This document shows, one piece after another, positions 1-13,428 of a DNA stretch of 64,000 nt (position 1 is the stretch's first letter; every line of letters starts with the position of its first letter). The position numbers and the translations under genes were made by a program. The stretch comes from Eledone cirrhosa (Eukaryota): contig OZ024748.1 in assembly GCA_964016885.1 (NCBI GenBank), positions 8,680,001 to 8,744,000 on the forward strand, read 5' to 3'. The notes beneath the pieces are model-generated. The model saw nothing but the letters and a program-made list of their open reading frames with translations. It had not been told where the DNA came from and ran no database searches.

Positions 1-2
1 TG

Positions 3-54
<52 letters not shown>

Positions 55-80
55 TATATATATGTATGTATGTATGTAGA

Positions 81-151
<71 letters not shown>

Positions 152-156
152 TGAGA

Positions 157-201
<45 letters not shown>

Positions 202-204
202 GGG

Positions 205-240
<36 letters not shown>

Positions 241-368
241 CAATTACACAAATTATGTAAACTTTAAAGATTTTTCTCTGGTTTTGTTTAAATAATTTTT
301 GTTGTCTTCGTTTTTATTTGCGGAAAAAGATTTTACGAAGTAAGCAAAAACCACTTGGGAAATCAGGA

Positions 369-460
369 TCAGAAATTGATAAACGTATAAGCGATGATGA
401 AGAGTGAGTATGTGATAATCAGGAACCGCATCACTGACGAAGCATTGAACAGCCATGCAA
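369..460 (-). CDS. Candidate terminal coding exon with hydrophobic, GPI-signal-like C-terminus (xAWLFNASSVMRFLIITYSLFIIAYTFINF*)
   Basis: Minus-strand acceptor ctttatctttgttctcatcag, phase-1 frame open to TGA at 369-371; small residues (NAS/SS) then a hydrophobic tail. No homology recognised. Confidence 0.35.
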
Positions 461-570
461 CTGATGAGAACAAAGATAAAGCTGAGATGGAATTTGGCAA
501 GATTTTTCTCAATGATAAATTTAAAACAAAAACAAAAAAATAGATGAGAGAGAGGAATGAAAAACATGGT

Positions 571-800
571 TATGTATATTGTGAATGGGGCTTTATGTAT
601 ATTGTGAGTGGGGCTTTATGTATATTGTGAATGGGGCTTTATGTATATTGTGAGTGGGGCTTTATGTATATTGTGAATGGGGCTTTATGTATATTGTGAG
701 TGGGGCTTTATGTATATTGTGAATGGGGCTTTATGTATATTGTGAGTGGGGCTTTATGTATATTGTGAGTGGGGCTTTATGTATATTGTGAGTGGGGCTT
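571..800. repeat. Minisatellite, 23-bp unit x10 (tatgtatattgtga[a/g]tggggctt)
   Basis: Direct tandem copies; A/G variants alternate over the first 8 units. Confidence 0.95.
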
Positions 801-1121
801 TATAAGTTGGAAAAACCACTATATGAATATATACATTTATATAAACATACCTATATACATACATAGATACAGGCATTCATACATATACATGCATACACAT
901 ATATATTCCTTACATAAGAATATATATATACGTTCATATATATATACACATACACATATATGTATATACTTACCCATATGTGTGTATGCGTATACATATA
1001 TGTACATACACAAATCAAACCTTGGTTTCATTGATTTGAAGACCTTTTGATCGACTATAAGCTTAATACAACATCGTATATATCTACTCAAACAGATTGA
1101 CTCGTATATAATCATGCGTGT

Positions 1122-1154
<33 letters not shown>

Positions 1155-1168
1155 AATGTAGACTTATA

Positions 1169-1211
<43 letters not shown>

Positions 1212-1311
1212 TCACATAAGCACATAGAAATATTCGCTGTAACACATCTGTAGACAAATGGTGATATTCAAATGTCCTGATCGTACTATATGTGTATATA
1301 TACATACAACA

Positions 1312-1370
<59 letters not shown>

Positions 1371-1843
1371 AAGACTTTTGTGTATGTGTGTACACAGCAT
1401 ACTTTTCGTAAGAAATTATGAAAATGAGACACTAAATCGCCGTCAGCCTATCTCTGTATCGATCTCTCCGATAAATGATCTACATAAAAACTTCCCCTTG
1501 TATCAATATATCCGCAACAATAATAGATTCAAAGGCCAGTTTTTAACCTCTTCTTTTAATATCGAATAATTAGTTGCTTTTTTATTTCTTTGCTTTTTTT
1601 TCTCCTAGGCCTAGTGATATAAAATATTTCATACTTCAGCTTTATAAACTCTGGTGTTATGTATGTATGTATGTATGTATGTATGTATGTATGTATGTAT
1701 ATATATGTGTATGTATATATGTATGTGTACGTATGTATGTATATTTTATATTACATGTATCAAATATGCCATCGGAAGTCTTGTTCTGATAACATTTCTA
1801 GAAACTTCGAAGCATTTCGTTTTCTATTATTTAATCGTTTTAA

Positions 1844-2030
1844 GGGCGGTGGATTGGCAGTATCGGTAGAGGGTCGGACACCATGCTTTGACGCATAGAG
1901 TTACGGCCCTTGCTATTCTGAGTTCAAATCCCGCCGAGGTTAACTTTGCCTTTCATCCTTACGGGGTCGATAAAATAAAGTGCCAGTAATACACTGGGTA
2001 ATTGCTGGCCTTGTGCCTAACGTAGAAACA
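1844..2030 (+). mobile_element. tRNA-derived SINE with Nin-DC-like core (short-tail subfamily), full length with TSD
   Basis: A-box-like tggcagtatcgg, B box gagttcaaatccc, core cctttcatccttacggggtcgataaaataaag; 18-bp TSD attatttaatcgttttaa at 1826-1843 and 2031-2048. Confidence 0.9.
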
Positions 2031-3012
2031 ATTATTTAATCGTTTTAATAATTTTTACATTTTTTTATAATATGAAAGACCGTCGTTTGAAAACGCATTT
2101 CGGATACATTGTTGCATCGTTGTTCTATGATATTGTGCCAGTGATGAGGTGAATACTTGGGCAAACCTGCAAATAGAATAAAAACTCATATTTAGACATA
2201 TATTCAGTTTCAACATTTTTTCCTAATAAATAAATATGTTCAATTGTTTTCCCCCAAAATTAAGATATTATGTACTGAAGTTTCGAGTACGACTTAGCCT
2301 GTGATAGAAAAATATGTTTGCACTGTGAGTACAATTATTTCATTCTCTCAGTATGGAATGCATTATCAATAGCTTACATATTGAGCTAGAAAGAACAAGG
2401 AGCATTCGAACACTGAGATCTCTACCAACTATCCAGTTTTCGGTTGAGCTTCCGGGGGAAGGAAGAAGGGTTGTGATTCATTAGACTAAATACGCACAAA
2501 TGTCGAGTGATAGGCTTCATTTGTCACCCTATTTTACATCAATATGTTTACAAGGCTATGTATAAAGATGTCTTAAACGGTACAAGTATTTATAGTCAAT
2601 CTCTCGTCTTCTTTTCACCATCAAATGGAAAGCTTTAGGAACAATGTCTACCACCTCCTTACTAAGTAGTAAAAATATAAAATTCCTATAATATAGATAT
2701 TAAAACAATATTTACCAAGGAATTCACAGAAGAATTCATTTCCATTTCTATAATGTAAAACCAACTGATGCTGCAACAGACGCCAAGCTGTATTGGAACA
2801 ACAATAATTTGGCTTGAAAACAATAATGTTTAATAATAATATATAACCCTCACTATTTCATAAGCCATTAGATATACGGATTAAAATGTAGGTTTTATTA
2901 ATGAAATCCTTCATGAGTACTGGTTAATATATTGGGTTCTTAATATTGATATATTATCTCTTATATGTATTTAGAGAGTAAAGTGTGTGTGAGAGAGAGA
3001 AACAGATAGAGT

Positions 3013-3051
<39 letters not shown>

Positions 3052-3217
3052 GGAGAGAGTAGTTGGTGTTAGAGGTGTCAGTTTAGTGTGAACTAACCAA
3101 TCATTTCGTTTTACAAACATACACACATTCACGTAAACATATATTCACAAATATTTATGCACACAAACGCACATATATACGTACATATCTACATGTAAGT
3201 AATTACATATACATATA

Positions 3218-3274
<57 letters not shown>

Positions 3275-3577
3275 TTACTATCTCCCTGAGTTCCATGTAT
3301 TCTGTAGTTTTTAGATGGTTGTTGATCTTATGAATATTTATAAATTCCAGATCGATGATTAAACGATATTAAACTCTCTACTGGAGAAACACAATCTAAA
3401 AGTATAGAAATATAATCACATTTTAATTTAAGCTGTAACTTCTAAAATCTGAAAGATGGGTCTCTCGTTAACGTATTGCAAGCGACATTCGTATATGTAT
3501 TGCTTTTAGATGGCATAGGAACTGTATCAGACCTTCTAGCTAGGTAATCAGTTTGAAAACAGTTTTGGGACACCCAG

Positions 3578-3657
<80 letters not shown>

Positions 3658-3678
3658 GCAATCAGAGAGAGAAAGAGA

Positions 3679-3770
<92 letters not shown>

Positions 3771-4002
3771 CATACAGTTAATCGTTTTACCTATTCACAT
3801 AGATATTATCGTGAAATGTCTTCTAACGAGTTCCCAAATACTTTCAAATATATATTCCATTTAGAAAAATAGAGACAAATCAAATCCTAGAAATCTCTTA
3901 TTTTATGTCTTTGACATATATTACAAGACTTATCATTTATTTCTATTGTTCCTTATGAAAAATAATACTAATTCCATCGTGTATATTTTTTGTCATATAC
4001 AC

Positions 4003-4087
<85 letters not shown>

Positions 4088-4719
4088 GCTGTTAGTTGGA
4101 GTGTGTGTCTGTCTGAATATATTCTTTGTTCCTCAGTGCGTGTTTTTGTACGATTATATACAGTATGTAGATTTTAGTAGAATTTTTTTCCTTCGGACTT
4201 TTCAGATTTTTTCCCCAGCAAATCGTAGTCATCTAATTTCCATGCTGATTCTGAACAATTCTGTGGAGGCTTAAAAAAGGGACGTATTAAAAAAATTAGG
4301 AAAAATATAATACAAAAATTATTATTAATAATAATAAGAATAATATAAGAAGGAAACTAAGAATAATAAAACAGCTAGATAATCACTAACAACACTTTGT
4401 TCACCATTGTCTTCAGATGTAAGAAGAGATGTTAAATCGCTGATGAATTGACGTCCAATCCCGACTTTGTATTATTCAGGAATTCTGATATTTTGTAATG
4501 GAATGGAAAAAGGAGAAAAAAAACAAACACAGCAAAAGTTATCTATTTTTCAACCTCGATTCTTATCTTTCCTCACTCAGGCTATTTCTTCACTCTGTCT
4601 TTATAGCTTTCCATCTCTCCAATCCTCTCCCCTTCAAGTGTTATTGCTCCTCTCTCGTTATGTGTCTTTTCTGTCTTTCTCTCACTCTCTTTTTCTCTTT
4701 ACATACACACATGCGCACG

Positions 4720-4799
<80 letters not shown>

Positions 4800-4899
4800 A
4801 ACACACTAACAAATGAATACATATACGTACACACATCCATCCATCCATATATATATATATATATATGTATAGGGAAATAGAGATGGAGAGAGAAAGAGG

Positions 4900-5065
4900 G
4901 CAAGGCAGAGGGGGTGAGAGGGAGAGAAAGAGAGCAAGACAGAGGAGGTGAGAGAGGGAGAAAGAGGCCAAAGGAGATGGGGGAGAGGTGAGAGAGAGAG
5001 AAAGAGGCCAAAGGAGAGTGGGAGAGGTGAGAGAGAGAGAAAGAGGCCAAGGGAGAGGGAGGAGG
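4900..5065. repeat. Purine-rich minisatellite (~39-bp unit, gagagaaagaggccaaaggag...gaggt)
   Basis: 3-4 imperfect tandem copies. Confidence 0.75.
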
Positions 5066-5260
5066 GTGAGAGAGAAAAAAATAGATACAAGTATGTGAAT
5101 TTTGAGCGCAAGTCTTGTGTGAATATTGTTTCCCAATGTCTGAGTTAACATTTGAGTTTTTTAGACTCTTCTGGGGCTGGTAATATTCATGTGTCTAGTA
5201 GTAAATATGTAAAACATAAACAAAACAATGACCCGACATACAGCCAGAGACGCACACATC

Positions 5261-5305
<45 letters not shown>

Positions 5306-5428
5306 CATAGATATGTACACATGTACACGCACACATATATATATATATATGTATTATTATTAAGATTATTATTTTTATTATATATAATATACGTACACAT
5401 ATACATATATATATATACATACCCACAC

Positions 5429-5481
<53 letters not shown>

Positions 5482-5557
5482 GTTTAAAACATGTTTTGTA
5501 TCTCTTTAAATTCATTATACGTTCAGTATATAGATTTAATACAGATCAATGTAAATA

Positions 5558-5591
5558 AAGGTGCAATATCTATATATGTATTTTATACAAA

Positions 5592-5675
<84 letters not shown>

Positions 5676-5765
5676 TATATATATATAAATATGTATATAT
5701 ATATATATATACATATTTATATATATATATATTTATATAAAATACATATATAGATATTGCACCTT
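5558..5765. repeat. Inverted repeat (~39-bp arms) around a (TA)n spacer
   Basis: aaggtgcaatatctatatatgtattttata at 5558 and its reverse complement ending at 5765; one mismatch in the arms. Confidence 0.85.
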
Positions 5766-6330
5766 ATATATATAATATATACATATATACATATATATAT
5801 ACATACATATATATATATATATATATGAAATTTATTGATAAAAATGTTCTGCTGGATTCCTGATCTCAGATTTTGTTCCTTTCTCCCAGTTGATTATCAC
5901 TATATTTACCATTTACCATTTCCTTGGAACGGATAATGTATCAATTCAGATCTATAAAATATTTCACATCAACCAGAGAGAAACCTATTCCTCCTCAATC
6001 GACCAAAACGTTTAATGTGAAAACGGGAATTATAAATATTTAATAAAAATGTCTTTATTAGCAGACAAATACATTCAAATACATACACCTATATACGCCA
6101 TATATATGGTGTATATTTACACCTATATAAACCTATACATACACCTATATATACCATATATATGTTGTATATTTATATACACCTATATACAGTATACACC
6201 TATATACACCATATATATGTGGGCATGTACATGTATACTGGATATTTATTTTTATGTCCATACATGTGTATATACATTTCTATGAAAATACTCTACTGTG
6301 ACTTACCTGCTCGCTTGCATCTTTATCTAT

Positions 6331-6426
<96 letters not shown>

Positions 6427-7682
6427 GTATCTATTATCTATCTCCTCTATCTCCTCCTCTCTCTGTCTATATAGATATACACATACATTTATGCATACAT
6501 TGATATGTATGAATATATACATTTATATATGTATATATACACATACATTTATATATACATTTACACATACATTTATATATGTATATACATTTACACACAC
6601 ATATATGCATATATATATATGTGTCTGTGTGTGTGTTTGTGTGTGTGCGCGTGTATATATATATAGGTGTGTGTGTATGTGTGTCTGTGTGTGTGTATTA
6701 TTGTAAGGGGGGCAGAATAAATAGAAAGAGCATTATTTGAGCAAAAAAATTGTCTATAATCCAAATTGCATAAAAATGGAGCGATCGTTAATAAATCATT
6801 GAATCATTGATTATAGATCGACTTGTTTTTTAGGGTTTTTTTTTCTGATTAAATTTTCTCTTGACATTTTCTATATAACACCCAAGGTTTGAGGGAATTC
6901 GGAACGGGTGGGTAAACAAAAAAAAAAAAAAAATAGAAAAGAAGAGAAAATAGAGAGAAAAAAATAAGATGCTGAATTAAATCTAGTTTCACTACATTGA
7001 TTTTATAGTTTTCGTGCAGCTTTCAGCCGGTTAATTGCTTTGTAGCATCATTGAATTGTATATCTGATTTATTATTATTACTATTACTATTATTATTATT
7101 ATTATTATTATTATTGTTGTCGTTATTATTATTTCCCTTTTTCTTGAGAAATGTTTCAAGAGAAATTTTTTTTTAGAGTAATTCCGATCAAATGCACCTA
7201 ATTACTTTCATCTTTGTGAAGGTAGTTATCTGAACTAAAATAGAAGGTAAAATACTAAGTATAACAATACATATTTGTTAATATATGTGATAATGGAGAG
7301 TTTGGATATTTTTAAATAGTGAAGGAAGTCTACTAAATCCTTGAGATAAGGAAGTATGATTGATTTGGCAGGAAGTGTAATACACATTTCTAACACAACA
7401 TTTCTGCTTTCTCAACACAAAGATAAACTATACTCTCGGATGACATCCGTCGACTTTACATGTAAGCTATGCGTTTGCAGCCAGTGGACATTACACAAAT
7501 ATTATGGTTACATTTACTCTATATCTGATGTGTGTCCATTCATATTTTGTGTGCATTGTCTAGATAATCAGAAATCTACTCTTTACGGATCTATAGTTGT
7601 TATTGTACCTCTATGTTGTTGTTTTTGCTGGGGTTTTTTTGGTGCTATTTAGCACCCGCTGAATTCTGATTAATCTTATTTA

Positions 7683-7874
7683 TAATTATTTCTATTTTTG
7701 GCACAAGGCCAGCAATTATCCCAGTGTATTACTGGTACTTTATTTTATCGACCCCGTAAGGATGAAAGGCAAAGTTAACCTTGGCGGGATTTTGAACTCA
7801 GACCATAAAGGGGCCTAACTCTATGCTGCAAAGCATGGTGTACGACTCTCTACTGATACCGCCAATCCAGCCCC
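7683..7874 (-). mobile_element. Nin-DC-like tRNA SINE copy
   Basis: Reverse complement of the 1844 element from head to tail. Confidence 0.9.
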
Positions 7875-8293
7875 GAATTTGTTGCGATTTCTAGCAAATA
7901 TATCTACCACATAGTGGCTCGATTAACGACTCTTATTTGTGTTAGCATCATTTCTTCTGTATATTTGGACACACAACGTCAATATGGGACTTTACAGATA
8001 TCTAAAGAAGAGAGTATGATATTTTAAATATTTTGTACGAATGGAAGGAGAACGGTTGATCTTCTGGCTAATTGTGGCCATTTCTACAACAATATGGCGG
8101 TATAGTTTCGTGGTGAACCCTCGGATCTCCAATCAACTTAGGTAATTTCAGATTTAAGTTTTTTTATCTGTTTATCTCCATCCCTCTCTCTTACTCTCCC
8201 TCTCTCTCTATATATATATATCTCTCTCTCTTTATCTCTCTCTTTATCTCTCTCTATCTCTCTTTATCTATCTATGTATCTCCCACACACATA

Positions 8294-8365
<72 letters not shown>

Positions 8366-8426
8366 GGAGAAATTTGAACAGGGACAAAACAGAGAGGCAG
8401 TATGTATGTATGTATGCATATGTATG

Positions 8427-8473
<47 letters not shown>

Positions 8474-8483
8474 TTTTATATAC

Positions 8484-8610
<127 letters not shown>

Positions 8611-8617
8611 TATATAA

Positions 8618-8667
<50 letters not shown>

Positions 8668-9018
8668 GTGTGTGTAATCTTTAAACTTACGTAAACGCGT
8701 GTGTGTTTTGCTGCATTGTAATGATTCAACATGCAAGGAATCCGAGATATTATCACAATACATAACTCTTCTATTGATATACTGATATACATAAATATGC
8801 ATATGTGTGTGTAGGCTGACATCTATAATTACATAGATGGAGTCATGCATGACCTAACGTGTTATGTCATTATACAGGTGAGTGTATCTCAGCCTATACA
8901 CATCTACACATCTAGTCATACATGCGTACATATTAGAAATGATTAACCCCCTCCACACATACATATATATACACATATGTATATGATATATATGTATATC
9001 ATATAATATATATATATA

Positions 9019-9119
<101 letters not shown>

Positions 9120-9225
9120 ATAATATATGTATATGTATATATGGTATAATATACACATGTATATATGATATAATATATATATATATATATATATACAAAC
9201 ATATATATATATATACGTGTGTATG

Positions 9226-9287
<62 letters not shown>

Positions 9288-9610
9288 AGAAGCTGGTATG
9301 ACAACGAAGCACATGAAAATCAGAGGAGTGATTTCTTTTGAAGATTCTTTCCAGAATGAACTTTGCCTAATGAATATTGAGAAGAAATGTGTTAATGTAA
9401 TTAAAGTAACAATGAATTGTTGTGTGTATGGTAGAGTATAAACCGGTGTGGGTTTGGGGGTAAGTGGTATGAGGGCGTAAAGTTGGCAAAGAGAGGACAG
9501 TAAAGGGAGAGGGGGTGGTGGAAGAAATAGGGGTGGCAATGAACGAAAGATAGATAGGTAGATAGATAGATAGATAGATAGGATAGATAGAATGATAGAT
9601 AGATAGATAG

Positions 9611-9683
<73 letters not shown>

Positions 9684-10238
9684 GATAGAAATGTAGAAAG
9701 ACATACAGAATGAAAGAAAGGAGGATTGTAATAAAGAGGTACTAAGAGATTCATTGAGAAAAGTGTCATCTGATTAGAAACAAAAATATAGAAAGTGAAA
9801 GAAATAAAAGTTAAATTATGTAAATTAGAATACGTTAATCATAATGAAATAGAGAGAAGGTCAAGAAGACATCGAGGTGAAAGAGAGAGTGAAGATGATA
9901 GAGGGAGGCTCTGTGATTTGCTGTTTATGCATGTGTATACACACACACACGCACATACACACATGCACATATACATGAATTTATATATTCATATATACAT
10001 ATATACACACATATATATATATTCATATATATATATACATATATACACACACACACATATATATATATATATGTACATCTGTATCTATGTGTGTGTGTGT
10101 ATGTATATATGTATTTATATAGATATATGTGTATATACATCTGTATATATGTATAAATACGATGGTCTGATGAAGAAATAGCGGAGGATCAGTGTAGGCG
10201 GGAGGAAAAGGTTAATGTGGAATGAGGAAGCAAAGAAT

Positions 10239-10315
<77 letters not shown>

Positions 10316-11599
10316 GAGAGAGAGTTGTTAAATAAAGTCTGATCATCATTTTTCTTTGCCAAATTGATCATCTCGTCTCACCTATGTCTTGCCCTCCAGC
10401 ACAAACTGCATTTTCATTAAGATTTGATGTACTTGATTGGCAGGGCGTGACCCATACATGGCTTCAGGTGTTGTTTTACATCTATCTCTATGTCAGACTG
10501 CAAGTAGTAATGCGATCCGGCAGACATTAAAGAGACCAGCCATGTTGCAACTAAATGAAGCATAATGAACAACTGAAATGTCTTCTTTATACACACATTT
10601 CTCCCTCTTTTCACTTTCGCCCTTTTCTTTCGTTCTTTCTTCTGCTTCTTTTTCTTCTTCTTTTTATCACCATTGTTCTTGTTCTTGTTGTTATTATTAT
10701 TATTATTATTAGTAGTAGTAGTAGTGGTATTAGTATTATCAGTAGTATTGGTTCACTAGTCTCTTTTTGATTATGTGTTTTCAGTGAACAACCGAGCGCA
10801 GTTCTATCCGCCTTGGGTCTATGCAGTGTTTTGTTTCGGTTTTGTATATTTTCGGTACGTTGAACATATTTATAAGTCCGGAAGCTTTGATTATGTCTGT
10901 GTGTTCTACTGTTTTTTTTTTTACTTTCTTAAGGCCTGTATTGTTATAGGGATTGTTTATTCTTTCTGACTTCATACTGTGGTTATCTCTATTTCCTGCT
11001 CTTTATATTTAAATAATTACTCCATTTCTTTGAGAGATACATTATCGTCTGTTGAATCTGAATATTCTATTAGGAAAAACTTCCTAATAGAATGTCCTAT
11101 CAGAAGCTACCGTCTGTAAATGATACGACTGGATCCCGAGACTAACCAAGATCATGGATGTTATCCACGCCCTGGGGTCTCCTGGCGGTCGGCTTTAACT
11201 GCCCAGGGAATCTTCCCTGTGGTATATATCACCTATTGTCTGTTATTACTGGAATATATGACAATGTAAAATATATGCGATCTATGTCCTACCTCTGACT
11301 ATAGTGGTAATTGATTACACCCATCTTCACCTTTCTGTACTTATCTAATATATTAGGTTTTCTTACAAGTATTTGATGGTTTCTAATGGAATAGATCTGA
11401 TTCTGTGAACAATCAACTTCAGCGTTGTGTCCTCATCGTTTGTTTAGCTCTTTTCTATGCAGAGATTTTTTTCAGCCATCGTTTTAACATGACAATCCGT
11501 AGTTCTAAATTTAGATTAGTGTTTATGCTTTTCACCCGATTTTCTGATCTTCTCCCCTGGTTTCACAGCGGTCTAGTTAGCCATCAATCAGGAGCAACA

Positions 11600-11885
11600 T
11601 TTGTTGTTGATAGACCTACGTCGGTTCCAATGACGAGTGTTCCAGTTGTTTCACCAACAGTATATCCTGAGCTCATGAAATTCACGTGCAAAAGCGGTCT
11701 GCTGAGCATTCTACAGACACGTGCACCCATAACTTAGTTCTCAGGGAGATTCAGCGTTACACATTATTTGCCAACACTGGTCCATTTAACTACAGTGTCA
11801 ACTGAATATTGCCAGAAAAACTTGACTGAGGAAACGTGAAATAAAATATCTTGCCGAAGGTCACTACACGCCGCTGGGAATCGAT
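11600..11885 (-). mobile_element. Degenerate SINE body (second family)
   Basis: aacgtgaaataaaatatcttgccgaaggtcactacacgccgctgggaatcga matches the better-preserved copy at 59964-60085. Confidence 0.65.
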
Positions 11886-12471
11886 CTTTAGTCGATATCC
11901 CTGGACATAGAGCTCCAAGTAGATTTCACTGGAAATAGAGTTCCATGCCTTCTTAGCAGCGAATATGAAATATATTACAAACATAAACTATATTATTATA
12001 ATTATCTTTGATATTAAGCAGATTTATATCATAAGACAATGTAAATGTGTTCAATATATTAATGTCTTTTTTAAATCGTTTAAAGAGATCATACCTGAAC
12101 CAATCAGTTCTGGATTCCGTCCGAATACTCGGATCCTATATAAAAAAAAAAATTACTAACTTGACCATGCTTTCATGCAGATTGCATTTTGGAGTAATTA
12201 ACTTTAATTAAATACTAATTTCTATTTATTCATTTCTAGATGATGGACCTAATGGGGTGGGGTGAAAGCGCATGGGGGCGCTACATCGAATATGTCTATT
12301 TTTTTCATTCATTTATTTAGTATTTTTATAAACCTTCCCCGAGTTTATAATAAATTCTTTAAATGTATTGCTGTGATTTTGTCGTCAGATTATATTTTTA
12401 ACATTATCAAATACATTATTCGTATTATTTCGTAATTACTCAGTAATATTGTGTTGTCTTTATTTTTTGCT

Positions 12472-12503
<32 letters not shown>

Positions 12504-12970
12504 TTGCTGTTTATATTTCAGTAATTTCCTGAATATGTTTTGAATATGTTTTCATAGGATATTTTCACAGTTATAATACTCTAAACTATGGAATTTATCT
12601 TACATCAAACAGATAATTATTTCTTTTATCATATAATTTACAGATGATTAAAAAAATTAAATGGATATTTTAAGTGAAAAAATTGGCTCTCAATTCGTTA
12701 TTCTCTTTTTTCTAATTGGAAATCTGCTGGATATTTCTATATAAAACGTTTGGAAACTATCATTAAATATCATGATTACAGCTTGTTTGTATATAACGGT
12801 AGCGTTAACTTGCTTTACCTTATTAAATATGTATTTCTTTTAATGTTAAGCCATTTGTTTTCAAAATAGTGTAAGTATATCAGTGCTATATGTGGACTGG
12901 AATTTAATCCAATTAAGAAGCAGGTACTTTAGCTATATTTTCAAATTGTATATGTATATATATTTTAATC

Positions 12971-13135
12971 GCATGGCTGTGTGGTTAAGGAGTACTTTTT
13001 TTTTGCAATCATATGCTTCTGATTTCAATCCCGATGCCCGGCAACTTCGGCAAGTGTCTTCTATTATAGACTCGGGTTGACTGATGTTTTATGAATGGAA
13101 TTTGGTTGAAGAAAACAGAAGATACCTGTGATATA
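12971..13135 (+). mobile_element. Degenerate tRNA-headed SINE with CORE-like segment (third family)
   Basis: A box tggctgtgtgg, decayed B box gatttcaatccc, cttcggcaagtgtcttctattatag segment; resembles an octopus repeat from memory. Confidence 0.6.
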
Positions 13136-13393
13136 TATAAATAAATGTGTGTGTGTGTGTGTGTGTGAGAGAGAATTCCTGGGAATCATGGTGGGGACAT
13201 CACCACAGCTTTAGATGGTTTCTACTCACGAATGCTAAGAAGGATAAAAAAAAAGATCAATAACCGCTCGACCAATCAGAAGGTCTCTTTTTGCCGAAAC
13301 ACTGAAAGTAGAATAAGTTGAGTTAGCTCAACGAAACGCCTGTCCTTTCATTTCTCCGTGTAATATCTTCGTTGTAGTACTGAATATATATGT

Positions 13394-13428
13394 ATAATAT
13401 TTCGGCACTAAGATGCCTTCATCAGAAA
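13394..13428 (-). ncRNA. Minimal type I hammerhead-like motif (stem I decayed)
   Basis: Minus strand CTGATGA-A-GGCA-tcttag-TGCC-GAAA-tat-TA; perfect stem II, palindromic aatatt stem III, flanks do not pair. Confidence 0.6.

Noticed and set aside
10382-10550. Minus-strand segment with good acceptor and donor (atttag ... gtgaga)
   Set aside because: Stops in all three frames; could only be non-coding and has no other support.
11064-11093. Perfect 13-bp hairpin attctattaggaa-aaac-ttcctaatagaat
   Set aside because: Isolated and AT-rich, with no sibling or context to assign a function.
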